NCBI GenBank assembly: GCA_951406725.2
Contig: OX597824.1
Coordinates: 20,150,001 to 20,214,000 of the forward strand
Direction: 5' to 3'
Source of the DNA: Octopus vulgaris
Taxonomy: Eukaryota
Length of the DNA stretch: 64,000 nt
Part shown: in pieces, positions 1 through 19,231 of the stretch
Numbering within the stretch: the first letter of the stretch is position 1
Layout: each line of letters begins with the position of its first letter
Program-made: the position numbers and the translations under genes
Notes under the pieces: generated by a model
Seen by the model: only the letters and a program-made list of their open reading frames with translations
Told to the model about the DNA's origin: nothing
Database searches by the model: none

Positions 1-189
1 CATTTACACATGCATAAACATGGTCATATACACACATACATGCCCTGTCTTATTACATACATGGCTCTCTACCTCCCCCTCTTTAAATGTGTGTGTGTGT
101 GTGCATGCGCAGAGGAGGACAATCATCACAAACTTTAGTCTACGAGACACTCCCATCATTAGTTCCTCAGTGTACATCAACCAATCTCC

Positions 190-228
<39 letters not shown>

Positions 229-654
229 CATTTCTCCCCCCCCCCCACCTCCTTCTAACACCCCCACAAGATCCCTCCTTCCACTGGCGCCAACTTCCAT
301 CGTCAACGTAACTTTACAACAAATAGTTACAAAACCATGGATAGGTTTCACCCTGTGTTGTAATTACCAACAAAATAAAGATATATTTTAAAAGAATAGT
401 TTTTCAGTTCTGCTCTTATTTTATTTTATTTTTTCCTTCTTTCTTTTCTCGCTTTTACCAAAATTTCTTCCCAAGTGCCAACGTTTAAGAAATAACACAA
501 AAACACAAGAAGACACGGTGAAGAATCTAATGCTACAGTATTTTCACCAAATATTTCACCAGATTTTTTTTGCTAGTTTCATGCTATGATTCTTAGACAA
601 AATGCTTCTCGCTTTAGAAGTGGTTATAGAGTGGAGGAAATGGTGGAATATTCT

Positions 655-1000
655 CTTTTCTCTTTACTCTTTTACTTGTTTCAGACATTTGACTGCGGCC
701 CATGCTGGAGCACTGCCTTTAGTCGAGCAAATCGACCCCGGGACTTATTCTTTGGAAGCCTGGTACTTATTTTATTGGTCTCTTATGCCGAATCGCTAAA
801 TTACGGGGACGTAAACACTCCAGCATCGGTTGTCAAGCAATGCTAGGGGAACAAACACAGACACACAAACATACAGACACACACACATATATATATACAC
901 ATATACATATATACGACGGGCTTCTTTCAGTTTCCGTCTACCAAATCCACTCACAAGGCTTTGGTCGGCCCGAGGCTATAGTAGAAGTTACTTGCTCAAG
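655..1000 (-). mobile_element. SINE family A (tRNA head, CORE-like centre), 5'-truncated
   Basis: Matches the full-length copies (tail TTTTACTTGTTTCAG..CATGCTGGAGCAC, internal CA/TA tract); head missing. Confidence 0.9.
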
Positions 1001-1109
1001 TGGACGGAAATTGTGTGAAAGCACGTTTCTACATATATGCATATATATACCTACAATACATACATATATATGCATATATATACATGCATACATATATATA
1101 TAGATATAG

Positions 1110-1419
1110 GTGGAGGCGCAATGGCCCAGTGGTTAGGGCAGCGGACTCGCGGTCGTAGGATCGCGGTTTCGATTCCCAGACCGGGCGTTGTGTGTGTTTA
1201 TTGAGCAAAAACACCTAAAAGCTCCACGAGGCTCCGGCAGGGGGTGGTGATCCCTGCTGTACTCCTTCACCACTCTTTCTCACACTCTTTCTTTTGTTGG
1301 CCTGCTCGCTTAGCCAGCGGGATGGCGTCATTCGAAGGCTAAAACAATGCGAACGCATTGTGACCAGCGATGTGTAGCAACATCTGATGGTCTGGTCGGT
1401 CACATGATGATGATGATGA
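1110..1419 (+). mobile_element. SINE family B (tRNA-like head) with alternative 3' tail ending in (TGA)n
   Basis: A box TGGCCCAGTGG and B box GGTTTCGATTCC; first ~170 bp shared with copies at 10965, 28791 and 36937. Confidence 0.88.
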
Positions 1420-1479
1420 CATATATAGAGAGAGAGAGGGAGAGGGAGAGAGAGAGACATATATACACATATTAGCCAT

Positions 1480-1600
1480 GTAACAACACGCGTACTTTTC
1501 TCGGACTATTCTTTCCCTTCTCTCTGGACCTTTCCTCTTTCTGACGAAGAACCATGCTCGAAACGTCATGCCCCCTTCTTTCACACAGTTCCCGTTTACC
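1480..1600 (+). ncRNA. Hammerhead-like motif in diverged family E element
   Basis: CTGACGA-A-GAAC-CAT-GCTC-GAAAC-GTC at 1541-1567; homologous to 36658-36862 in the opposite orientation. Confidence 0.55.
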
Positions 1601-1794
1601 AAATTTATTCACAACCCATTTGTCGCCCCCACTGACAAACGGGCTCTAGTAGAAGACATTTACCCAAAATTCCGCGTAGCCGGACCGAACTCGAAAAGTT
1701 GTGTCTGCAAAGCAATCTTCTAAACCACACAGCCACAGAATAGAAAAACAAACGAGGTGTTGATACGGTGTGAGAATATATAGAGTATATATTA

Positions 1795-2208
1795 ATTCTT
1801 TATTGCCCACTGGAAGCTAAACATAGAGGAGACAAACAAAGACAGACACAGAGATTAAGTCGATTACATAGAACCCCGTGCGAAACTGGTACTTATTTAA
1901 TCGACCCCGAAAGGATGAAAGGCAAAGTCGACCTCAGCGGAATTTGAACTCAGAACGTAGCGGCAGACGAAATACCTATTTCTTTACTACTCACAAAGGG
2001 CTAAACACAGAGGGGACGAACAAGGGCAGACAAACGGATTATGTCGATTATATCGACCCCAGTACGTAAGTGGTGCTTATTTAATCGACCCCGAAAGGAT
2101 GAAAGGCAAAGTCGACCTCAGCGGAATTTGAACTCAGAACGTAGCAGCAGATGAAATACCGCGTAGCATTTCGCCCGGCGTGCTAACGATTCTGCAGCTC
2201 GCCGCCCT
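1795..2208 (-). mobile_element. SINE family C, two tandem/nested copies
   Basis: Two iterations of CGACCCCGAAAGGATGAAAGGCAAAGTCGACC; junction at 1976/1977; tRNA-like head at the 2208 end. Confidence 0.9.
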
Positions 2209-2334
2209 GTATATATTCTTTCAGCCTTACATTTTTTCTGGTACCGGCCCGCACAGAAAATTATGCCCGGCTGCTTGTGCAACTGCACATACCCTGTACA
2301 GTAGAAACACGTTTAGGCGAGCTGTCAGAAACAT

Positions 2335-2549
2335 TATAGCATGCAGGGCGAAATGCTTAGCGGTATTTCGTCTACCGCTACGTTCTGAATTCAAATTCCG
2401 CCGAGGTCGACTTTGCCTTTCATCCTTTCGGGGTCGATTAAATAAGCACCACTTACGTACTGGGGTCGATATAATCGACTTAATCCGTTTGTCTGTTCTT
2501 GTTTGTCCCCTCTGTGTGTAGCCCCTTGTGGGCAGTAAAGAAATAAGAA
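2335..2549 (+). mobile_element. SINE family C
   Basis: Reverse complement of 1977-2180; tail GCCCCTTGTGGGCAGTAAAGAAATA. Confidence 0.9.
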
Positions 2550-2685
2550 ACACGTGTAGGTCGTAATAACCATAAAAATATGTTGTATGAAATTGTAACA
2601 TAAAAGAAATAAATTTTCAGGATGAACAAGTGTCCATATTCTTTATCGTTATAATTATTGCTAGGATACACTCCAGATAATATTA

Positions 2686-3495
2686 CCATCTAGTGAAGCG
2701 AACACGGAATTAACCATCGGAGGATTTCACAGCGTGAGTGACCACTCATGGTAGTCATAGATGTTAAAAACTAATCGTTAGCCGTAACCGAGAACATAAC
2801 TGAGAGCCACCATAGTATCCGTCCAAACAGTGGGGCACTCAGCAAGTGGTTCAGGAGCATCCGGCAGTGCAGATGTATCTCATCGGGTGATAAATAGACA
2901 CAACTCGTTAAAATAATAGTTCCGCAATGTATCTTCTCATTTAGTAGAAAGAAAAGCAGCAAAACGAAGGAAATATCTTCATCTATACTCTTTTACTCTT
3001 TTACTTGTTTCAGTCATTTGACTGCGGCCATGCTGGAGCACCGCCTTTTAGTCGAGCAAATCGACCCCGGGACTTATTTTTTGCAAGCCCAGTACTTATT
3101 CTATCGGTCTCTTTTGCCGAACCGCTAAGTTACGGGGACGTAAACACACCAGCATCGGTTGTCAAGCAATGCTAGGGGGACAAACACAGACACACAAACA
3201 CACACACACATACATATATATATGTACATATATACGACAGGCTTCTTTCAGTTTCCGTCTACCAAATCCACTCACAAGGCATTGGTCGGCCCGAGGCTAT
3301 AGCAGAAGACACTTGCCCAAGGTGCCATGCAGTGGGACTGAACCCGGAACCATGTGGTTGGTTAGCAAGCTACTTACCACACAGCCACTCCTGCGCCTAT
3401 GATAGAAGATCGAAAATTAAATCACGGATGCAAAAAGGAAACGAACAAGCAATAGAGCGAGACAAGTACTTAAAATAACCGTTAACAGATATGGA
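2686..3495 (-). mobile_element. 3' UTR / pseudo-LTR of Penelope-like element (family D), split by a SINE A
   Basis: 2825-2985 and 3400-3492 align collinearly with 43525-43783; retains CCGATGA-GATACATCT hammerhead 5' half on the minus strand. Confidence 0.7.
2986..3398 (-). mobile_element. SINE family A, full length
   Basis: Head AGGCGCAGGAGTGGCTGTGTGG..GGTTCAGTCC, ACCTTGGGCAAGT CORE-like motif, (AGTAAAAG)n tail. Confidence 0.95.
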
Positions 3496-3702
3496 TGTGT
3501 AAACGCCTACGCGCAAGTTGTATGGCACTTGTACACTCGCTCATACAAGCATCCGCGAAAATGTAAGCATACGCATACGTGTGGTTTGATGCACTCACAA
3601 TCACAAAGCGAGCTAAAATAGCTACCTGGTGTTTATAAGAATGGGAAGGTTGAAACTAAACTTAATCCATCCATACCTTAAAGTAAATTATGCTAACAAT
3701 TT

Positions 3703-3868
3703 AGGCGCAGGAGTGGCTGTGTGGTAAGTAGCTTGTTTACCAACCACATGGTTCCGGGTTCAGTCTCACTGCGTGGCACCTTGGGTAAGTGTCTTCTACT
3801 ATAGCCTCGGGCCGACCAAGGCCTTGTGAGTGGATTTGGTAGACGGAAACTGAAAGAAGCCTGTCGTA

Positions 3869-3951
<83 letters not shown>

Positions 3952-4188
3952 TTGTGTGTATGTGTTTGTGTGTCTGTGTTTGTCCCCCTAGCATTGCTTG
4001 ACAACCGATGCTGGTGTGTGTATGTCCCCGTTACTTAGCGGTTCGGCAAAAGAGACCGATAAAATAAGTACTGGGCTTACAAAAGAATAAGTCCCGGAGT
4101 CGATTTGCTCGATTAAAGGGGGTGCTTCAGCATGGCCGCAGTCAAATGACTGAAACAAGTAAAAGAGTAAAAGAGTAAAGAGAGAGTA
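3703..4188 (+). mobile_element. SINE family A, full length
   Basis: Same head, body and tail; expanded internal (TA)n(TG)n. Confidence 0.95.
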
Positions 4189-4204
4189 ATTACTCAAATT
4201 CATT

Positions 4205-5420
4205 TCCACAGCATTGTGCCAAAGTACATTTATATGCGTGTAGGTATCTTGAGAGTCTTTCAGAAATTCTATTAATGATCTTCTCATCGGTCCACAGATT
4301 AGACAGAGATTCCTCGGAGCAGAGACGACATCTCCTGGAAACGATATTGTATGGTTTCGCGTGTCTTACTAAGGACCAAGTTATGTTGTACTTAATTTTA
4401 TCCTCTTTCAGTCGTCATACAAAATCAGCCAAAGATGTTGAATGTCTCTTATGATAACGATTCTTAAATGAATCAGCCCTCTGCCCATGTAAACATACGA
4501 CCCTCCCCTTATGTGCACGGTACATTTATATACAAGTTTTGTACTCATACAAAGGTTCATCAATGGGCACTTCGATTTTTCTCTGCATGGGCATTTATCA
4601 TATTTATTTGTATATATGGCAGTTCCGACTCTATTTTCCGACTTTGTTACTGTGTTAGCTGTTTCATAAGCATTTCTACTATTACAATTTGGCGCTTTTC
4701 ATTGCGGCTTACATCTCCTTTGTTGGTATTTAGATGCATATGTTCACTAGATCCAGTAGGTGGGTTAATGAACCTTTGTCGCATTTTACTATTGTTTCTG
4801 CGGTGCAGAAGCAGCTCTAAATTAGCAGTGTTAGTGTGGGATATCTTCACGGTGTGGCGATTAAAGATGCATGAGATCGATTAGATTTAGGAAAACGTTT
4901 GTCCAAAAAGGCATGAAATTTTCCGGCGATCTTCGTCGAAACATACGAACCGAAAATCGGGTTGAACCAGAAGGCATCCTGATTCCTATATCTGTTGTAG
5001 GCTTATTTGATCGACTGTGTTATAAGCAGTTGGATTATTATGTGGCATAAGTCTATGAGTTTTCGTTTGTAGTTCATTGTCTTGATCAATTCTTCCTGGT
5101 CTGTATTCTCTATCTGAGTGAGTTCTCAAACCGTGACGTTGTTCTGGTGTACATACAACGTGTATAACTTCTGGAGGAATTACCAGTGTTGTGTATGCCT
5201 GCTTCTTGTATATATTGAATTTTTTCGTGGTACCCAGCCCTAGCTGGAGCAGAATTATAACAAGTTGCGTGTGATTCGAAAATTTTATTATTAGCAGATA
5301 ATCTAGAAATTCATGTAGAAATATTCTTAACTAATCCCCGTATTATCGCGGGTGGATAGTTGGATGCTACATATGTGAATTGTTTCAGGAACTAGATGGG
5401 CAGTTATATGTAGCAATGAA
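4205..5420 (-). pseudogene. Decayed Penelope-like retroelement ORF (RT thumb, CxC linker, C-terminal GIY-YIG endonuclease)
   Basis: Manual translation across stops and frameshifts: TYVASNYPPAII..ISRLSANNKIF..YNSA; WFNPIFGSYVSTKIAGKF..LDKRFP..IFNRHTVKIS; CPCREKSKCPLMNLC..LVYKCTV..YVYMG; FKNRY; AKPYN..RCRLCSEE. Confidence 0.85.
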
Positions 5421-5429
5421 ACCAGTTGC

Positions 5430-6295
5430 AGAGGAAAGCAGGAATTCTGGAGAGGGGCCTGGAACCAACCTGTAGAAAATAACGATGAAGTGGAGTGGCT
5501 GCATGAAATCCAAGACAGGTTAAGAAATATAGAAAGTCAAGAAGATATAAAAATAACGAAACAAATGATAAAAAAGCAGTTAAGAAAAATTCTCAAATTG
5601 GAAGAGCCCAGGACCGGATGGGGTCCAAGGTCATTGATGAAGAAGCTGAGAGGTCTCCATTAAAGGATAGCGCAACAGCTAGATGAGTGCTTGCAAGGAA
5701 GGCGCAGTATCCAGCTGGATGACAAAGAGAAAGACATCGTTATGTGCCAAGTATCCTGGAAATGGAAATGTTGCATCCAACTTTAGACCAATAACGTGCC
5801 TTCTGCTAATGCGGAAACTAATGTCAGGTGCTTTGGCCGGTGAACTGTACAGACACTTGGAAAAAAGTAGTCTGCTACTCATTGAACAGAAAGGGTGCCG
5901 AAAGAGGAGCCGAGGAACGAAGGAGCAGCTCTTAATTGATGATCTAATTATCAGGAACTGCAAGAGAAGACACAGAAGCCTGAGGAAAAGATAGATAAAT
6001 ACAACCGTCTTAAGTACGAAATAGCCCGGCTATGGAAATGGAAGGCGAAGATAGTACCAATTACTGTTGGATCCTTGGGAACAGTATCAGAAGGCATCAA
6101 GAGGAATATAAAGGAAATTGGAATAGAGTACCTAGTAGAATTGTTACAAAAGGTTTGTCTCCTTGACACGGCCAGAATAATCAGGAAAGTGTTAGCTGAA
6201 AAGAATGGATAGCATGGTACTGTAGGCTGTCGGTAGCAAATCTGCTACGCACGTAAGATTCCAGGAGCTCCAACAAAACCTGTGATAAAGAGAAA
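5430..6295 (+). mobile_element. R4/Dong-like RLE-type non-LTR retrotransposon, internally deleted
   Basis: KSPGPDGV..NFRPITCL..EQKGCRKRSRGTKEQLLID (RT N-half) fused near 5980 to EKIDKY..EIARLW..IVPITVGSLG..LQKVCLLDTARIIRKVL; ends in (TAA)n. Confidence 0.9.
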
Positions 6296-6317
6296 TAATA
6301 ATAATAATGATAATAAA

Positions 6318-6391
<74 letters not shown>

Positions 6392-6399
6392 TAACATCT

Positions 6400-6855
<456 letters not shown>

Positions 6856-6878
6856 TCTTTATAGCCCACAGGGTATAA

Positions 6879-6948
<70 letters not shown>

Positions 6949-6951
<3 letters not shown>

Positions 6952-7336
6952 TCTTTATAGCCCACAGGGGGCTAAACATAGAGGGGACAAACAAGGACAG
7001 ACAAGGGGATTAAGTCGATTATATTGACCCCAGTGATTTACTGGTAGTTATTTAATTGACCCCGAATGGATGAAAGACAAAGTCGACCTCGGCGGAATTT
7101 GAACTCAGAACGTAACGGCAGACGAAATACCGCTAATGTTTTCAAATTGTAGCACCAGGTCAGCAATGTCGGGGAAGGAGATTAGTCAAGTGAATCGACC
7201 CCACTATTCAACTGGTATTTATTTTATCGACCCCGAAAAGATAAAAGGCAAAGTCGACTTTGGCGGAATTTGAACTCAGAACATGAAGACGGACGAAAAG
7301 CTGCTTAGCACTTTGCCCGGTGCGCTAACCATTCTT
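6949..7336 (-). mobile_element. Two SINE family C copies, one diverged
   Basis: Central GACCCCGAA..GGCAAAGTCGAC motif occurs twice; first copy ends in (TTA)n. Confidence 0.85.
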
Positions 7337-7574
7337 GAACCCATACGATTGCTATTAATGGTAGGTAAAGCTATTCCTATGCCTTCTGGGGGTAGGAACA
7401 GTGCACGTGGCCTTTTGAAAACCTCTACTTCTAAACCGGGTGACAAATGATGTCAAGCTTACACTTCAACTGTTGCAAACCGAGAAGCATGAGTACAGAA
7501 AAGAATTCAGAGGGTTCCTGGGGAGGAAGGATTGGACAAAGTGGTTGATGCGAGACTTAGGGAAGTGCAACACG

Positions 7575-7612
7575 TCTCATAGCCGAAACAGCTGTAAGCC
7601 AATGAAGTGCAT
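7575..7612 (+). ncRNA. 3' half of family G hammerhead-like motif
   Basis: ATAGCC-GAAA-CAGCTG-TA-AGCCAATGAAGT, homologous to 46718-46748; 5' core not found. Confidence 0.4.
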
Positions 7613-7654
7613 TTCGCAATTCCTCTTCCCTTGTCATTCCATTACTTTCTATTA

Positions 7655-7771
7655 AGCCTGGTGCTTCTTCTATCACTCTCTTTTGCCGAACCACTAAGTT
7701 ACGGGGACTTAAACACACCAGTACCGGTTGTCAATCGGTGCGAGGATTCAAGCACAGGCACAAAGACGCAC

Positions 7772-7813
<42 letters not shown>

Positions 7814-7828
7814 GCACTCACACACTCT

Positions 7829-7877
<49 letters not shown>

Positions 7878-7980
7878 TCAGCGGGCTTCTTTCAGTTTCC
7901 GTCTGCCAGATCCACTCACAAGGCTCTGGTCGGCCAAAGGCTATAGTTGAAGACACTTGCCCGACCGTATGGTTGGTTAG
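7655..7980 (-). mobile_element. Diverged SINE family A fragment
   Basis: TTTTGCCGAACC..GGGCTTCTTTCAGTTTCCGTCT. Confidence 0.8.
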
Positions 7981-8049
7981 CACCCTGTTATGTTATATAT
8001 ATTATGTATATGTATACAAACGCACATGCTTACTAAAATATGCACTCAT

Positions 8050-8464
8050 AGGCGCAGGAGTGGCTGTGTGGTAAGTAGCTTGCTAACCAACCACATGGTT
8101 CCGGGTTCAGTCCCACTGCGTGGCATCTTGGGCAAATGTCTTCTGCTATAGCCCCGGACCGACCAATGCCTTGTGAGTGGATTTGGTAGACGGAAACTGA
8201 AAGAAGCCTGTCGTATATATGTATATATATATAAATGTGTGTGTGTTTGTGTGTCTGTGTTTGTCCCCCTAGCATTGCTTGACAACCGATGCTGGTTTGT
8301 TTACGTCCCCATAACTTAGCGGTTCAGCAAAAGAGACCGATAAAATAAGTACTGGGCTTACAAAGAATAAGTCCCGGGGTCGATTTGCTCAACTAAATGC
8401 GGTGCTCCAGCATGGCCGCAGTCAAATGACTGAAACAAGTAAAAGAGTAAAAGAGTAAAGAGTA
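8050..8464 (+). mobile_element. SINE family A, full length
   Basis: Head, body and tail all present. Confidence 0.95.
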
Positions 8465-10665
<2,201 letters not shown>

Positions 10666-10964
10666 TCTGAATGAGCTATACATATATAGTATTCTTTCGT
10701 ATAGGGCAGCTCTGAAACGGGGAAACTCTGTGGAGTATACTAGCGACTAATCCCAGAAAACTAAGATGTGAAATGTAACCACTTCTGTGTCTTTCTGCTA
10801 GGTATTTAAAAAGAATAATCAGACATTGTGTTGATTTGAAACATTAAATTCCATTAATTAATTGAAATATATTCAAGAAACCAAACATCTTGTACGAGAG
10901 GAATTATATAATCTAGGCACCGCATAGGAAAAGTGACACATTTCATGTGTGGCGTGTGTATGTG

Positions 10965-11335
10965 TGACCCAGTGGTTAGGGCAGCGGACTCGCGGTCGTA
11001 GGATCGCGGTTTCGATTCCCAGACCGGGCGTTGTGAGTGTTTATTGAGCGAAAGCACCTAAAGCTCCACGAGGCTCTGGCAGGGGATGGTGGTGATCCCT
11101 GCTGTACTCTTTCACCACAACTTTCTCTCACTCTTACTTCCTGTTTCTGTTGTACCTGTATTCCAAAGGGCCGGCCTTGTCACTCTCTGTGTCACGCTGA
11201 ATATCCCCGAGAACTACGTTAAGGGTACACGTGTCTGTGGAGTGCTCAGCCACTTACACGTTAATTTCACGAGCAGGCTGTTCCGTTGATCGGATCAACC
11301 GGGACCCTCGTCGTCGTAACCGACGGAGTGCTTCC
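10965..11335 (+). mobile_element. SINE family B (long-tail form)
   Basis: Near-identical to 28791-29177. Confidence 0.93.
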
Positions 11336-11357
11336 CCCATGTGTGTGTGTGGGTGCA

Positions 11358-11396
<39 letters not shown>

Positions 11397-11472
11397 TTCT
11401 ATGCATATATATGATATACATGCTTTATAGAGGCACTCACGAAACAAGTGGTGACGTTATATATATGCGTGT

Positions 11473-11704
11473 AAGGCGGCGAGCTGGCAGAAACGTTAGC
11501 ACGCCGGGGGAAATGCTTAGCAGTATTTCGTCTGCCGCGACGTTCTGAGTTCAAATTCCGCCGAGGTCGACTTTGCCTTTCATCCTTTCGGGGTCGATAA
11601 ATTAAGTACCAGATACACACTGGGGTCGATATAATCGACTTAATCCGTTTGTCTGTCCTTGTTTGTCCCATCTGTGTTTAGCTCCTCGTGGGTAGTAAAG
11701 AAAT
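11473..11704 (+). mobile_element. SINE family C, full length
   Basis: Head AAGGCGGCGAGCTGGCAG, B box GAGTTCAAATTCC, tail GTAAAGAAATA. Confidence 0.93.
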
Positions 11705-11757
11705 ATATATATATATATATATATGCGTGTTGTGTGTGTATCTGTATGTATATAGAT

Positions 11758-11868
<111 letters not shown>

Positions 11869-12179
11869 TATGTGTGTATTTATATATAAACGTGGGTGGG
11901 TGTGAAATTTCACAAATTTGCACGTGTAAACACACACATGTAAATATAAGTGTGTGTGTATGCACGAAACGTATGTATGTGTGTGTGTGTGTGTGTGTGT
12001 ATGCATGTATGTATGTATGTATGTATGTATGTATGGATGGATGGATGGATGGATAGAGGGAAAGACAGACAGATAGATAAACAGACAGGCAGACAAACAG
12101 ACAGTGTGATATATAAATTGAGAGACAGACCGACAGGCAGACAGGCAGCCGGACAAATAGATCTCTCTCTCTCTCTCTC

Positions 12180-12392
12180 GTTTACTCTTTTACTTGTTTC
12201 AGTCATTTGACTGCGGCCATGCTGGAGCACCGCCTTTAATCGAGCAACTCGACCCGGGACTTATTCTTTTTGTAAGCCCAGCACTTATTCTATCGGTCTC
12301 TTTTGCCGAACCGCTAAGTAACGGGGACATAAACACACCAGCATCGGTTGTCAAGCAATGCTAGGGGACAAAAACAGACACACAAACACACA

Positions 12393-12435
<43 letters not shown>

Positions 12436-12594
12436 GACGGGCTTCTTTCAGTTTCCGTCTACCGAATCCACTCACAAGGCTTCGGTCGGCCCGAGGCTAT
12501 AGTAGAAGACACTTGCCCAAGGTGCCACGCAGTGGGACTGAACCCGGAACTATGTAGCTGGTAAGCAAGCTACTTACCACACAACCACATCTGC

Positions 12595-12598
<4 letters not shown>
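12180..12598 (-). mobile_element. SINE family A, full length
   Basis: Matches family consensus. Confidence 0.93.
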
Positions 12599-16216
<3,618 letters not shown>

Positions 16217-16257
16217 AGTGGCCAGCATGGGAATAAAAAACTTCAAAGGTAATAATT

Positions 16258-16448
16258 ATTATAAAAATTATAATTTAGGGTATCTAAGAGATACCACCAC
16301 GCTGAAAATAGCAGTCAAAACTTGACTTGTCTCTTGTCTTCTCTCCTGGTGCTGTATGAACATTTAATGTGGCTTTAGAATCAAGTCTTGGATGCTATTT
16401 CCAGCGTGGTGGTATGTCTTAGGTACCCTAAGTTATAATTTTAATAAT
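16258..16448. repeat. Fold-back element in (TA)n, ~70-bp imperfect arms
   Basis: 16258-16327 is the reverse complement of 16379-16448. Confidence 0.9.
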
Positions 16449-16457
16449 ATATATGCA

Positions 16458-17022
<565 letters not shown>

Positions 17023-17381
17023 CTGATCATTCGCGTGCGTTTCCTTTCTGTATATACATATTCTCTCGCTCCTCCTTTCTCTCTTTTTCACACACACAGA
17101 CACACATATACACACACACTGGCACACATAAAGATGTATACGTACATCTGTACGTTCGTGCATACACACATATATTTTAATAAATACACACACGCTCGCA
17201 AAGACATGCATATGTGTGCTTGTGTGTGTGTATAAGTGTGTGCGCGTGTGTGCGTATGTGTGCGCGTGCGTGTATGTGTATGTGTGTGTGTGTGTGTGTG
17301 TGTGTATAATATTTTTAATGTAGGGATGTATGTATAACTGTGGAAAAATACATATGTGTGAGTATATGTACATGTATATAT

Positions 17382-17439
<58 letters not shown>

Positions 17440-17476
17440 GTATATATATATGTATATATATATACATACATACATA

Positions 17477-17587
<111 letters not shown>

Positions 17588-18156
17588 GTGTGTGTGTATA
17601 TATTTTAATTGCTTTTATACTTCTATGCGTTTCGGCCCAAAGACTGTGGCCATGCTGGGGCACCACCAGTACTGTTTTTTCAATGGACAAATCTTCTCCA
17701 GGCATATGGCTGGCTGTGAGTACACGTAACTGATGAGGCCCAATTACGTTGGAATGCATCGGGCGTTCTCACTCGCCATTGCTGCGATGATTTTTTTACT
17801 CTCCTTCTAATATATAGTTTTTTTTTTTTTTTAAAAAAAAGCAAGTCTTTAAGGGATGTTATCTCGGACAAATACTGCAGTGACTTGGCCTGTCAATGAT
17901 GTATATACATTAATTATGATACATAAATGGCTAATTTTTGTCATTTATTCTGAAGAACGAATCCGCTTCTTTTGGAGAGTTTTCTGCTTTATTTTCACCC
18001 CATGCCGTTCTATATTTTGCAAAATTGTCAGTTTTTCTAGAAAGAAACATGGATCTCTTTGGAAAAATAGTTACATTCGTCGAGTAACAATGTGAAACAC
18101 AGAGATTGAAAGAGAAGTTAACCGAAGCAGAGAGAGAAAGAAATAAAGAGAGAGGG

Positions 18157-18202
<46 letters not shown>

Positions 18203-18605
18203 ATATGTTTGATTGATTGATTGATTGATTGATTCTAGTTTCAGCTTATGAGCTGTGGCCATGCTGGGGCACCGCCATTGTATATGTAAAAAAATACAAA
18301 CTGGGTCAAGAACGCAAAACATTTAGAAGACGATACAAAAAACACGGACGGGACATTCGAAGCCTTCAATCTTCAGTCAAGAACCGGATCATCCTCGCAA
18401 TTTCGGCTGATTAATCTTGAGATTGCTCCGATCTGGCCAGCCCCAAAGGAAAATCTAAGCCAAGCGCATTAGATTCCTTGGAAGAAAGCCTCGAATGTAT
18501 ACAAAACAAGGACGGAAAAACGGACGATGTTACCCAGCTGACAACAAGGTAGGCGATGATAAAGAAGAAAGAACAGTTGATAGATATGACAGGCCCGATA
18601 TATAT

Positions 18606-18639
<34 letters not shown>

Positions 18640-18757
18640 ACGGTGATGAGCATGCGTAGCGCCCACTCAGTAAGTAAGAACGATGTTGTTTCTGTGACTT
18701 CGACAAATGGTGTCAGAGATGGAAAAGTCACTGTCGTCTGCTTCAACAACAACAAAA

Positions 18758-19090
<333 letters not shown>

Positions 19091-19231
19091 ACCCAATATA
19101 CACTATGAGTTTCTTTGCCCTAGGAGTCGGGAAGACACTCGGCAAGAAATGGAAGAAAATTTGAAAGAAGAAAAAAAAAGTAATAACAATAATAATAATA
19201 ATAATGTTGATGATGATGATGATGATGATGA

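Noticed and set aside
4-391. ORFs at the window start
   Set aside because: Built from CT/TG/C-run repeats; no recognisable domain or splice structure
1110-1190. tRNA genes at SINE heads
   Set aside because: A/B boxes are present but continue into SINE bodies; no proper acceptor stem or terminator
3169-3402. Recurrent peptides such as RQASFSFRLPNPLTR and MVVIPAVLFHH appearing as a gene family
   Set aside because: Translations of non-coding SINE A and SINE B copies
17945-18036. Possible minus-strand terminal exon (KLTILQNIERHG..)
   Set aside because: Acceptor-like AG and a short open frame only; no homology recognised and two frames are equally plausible
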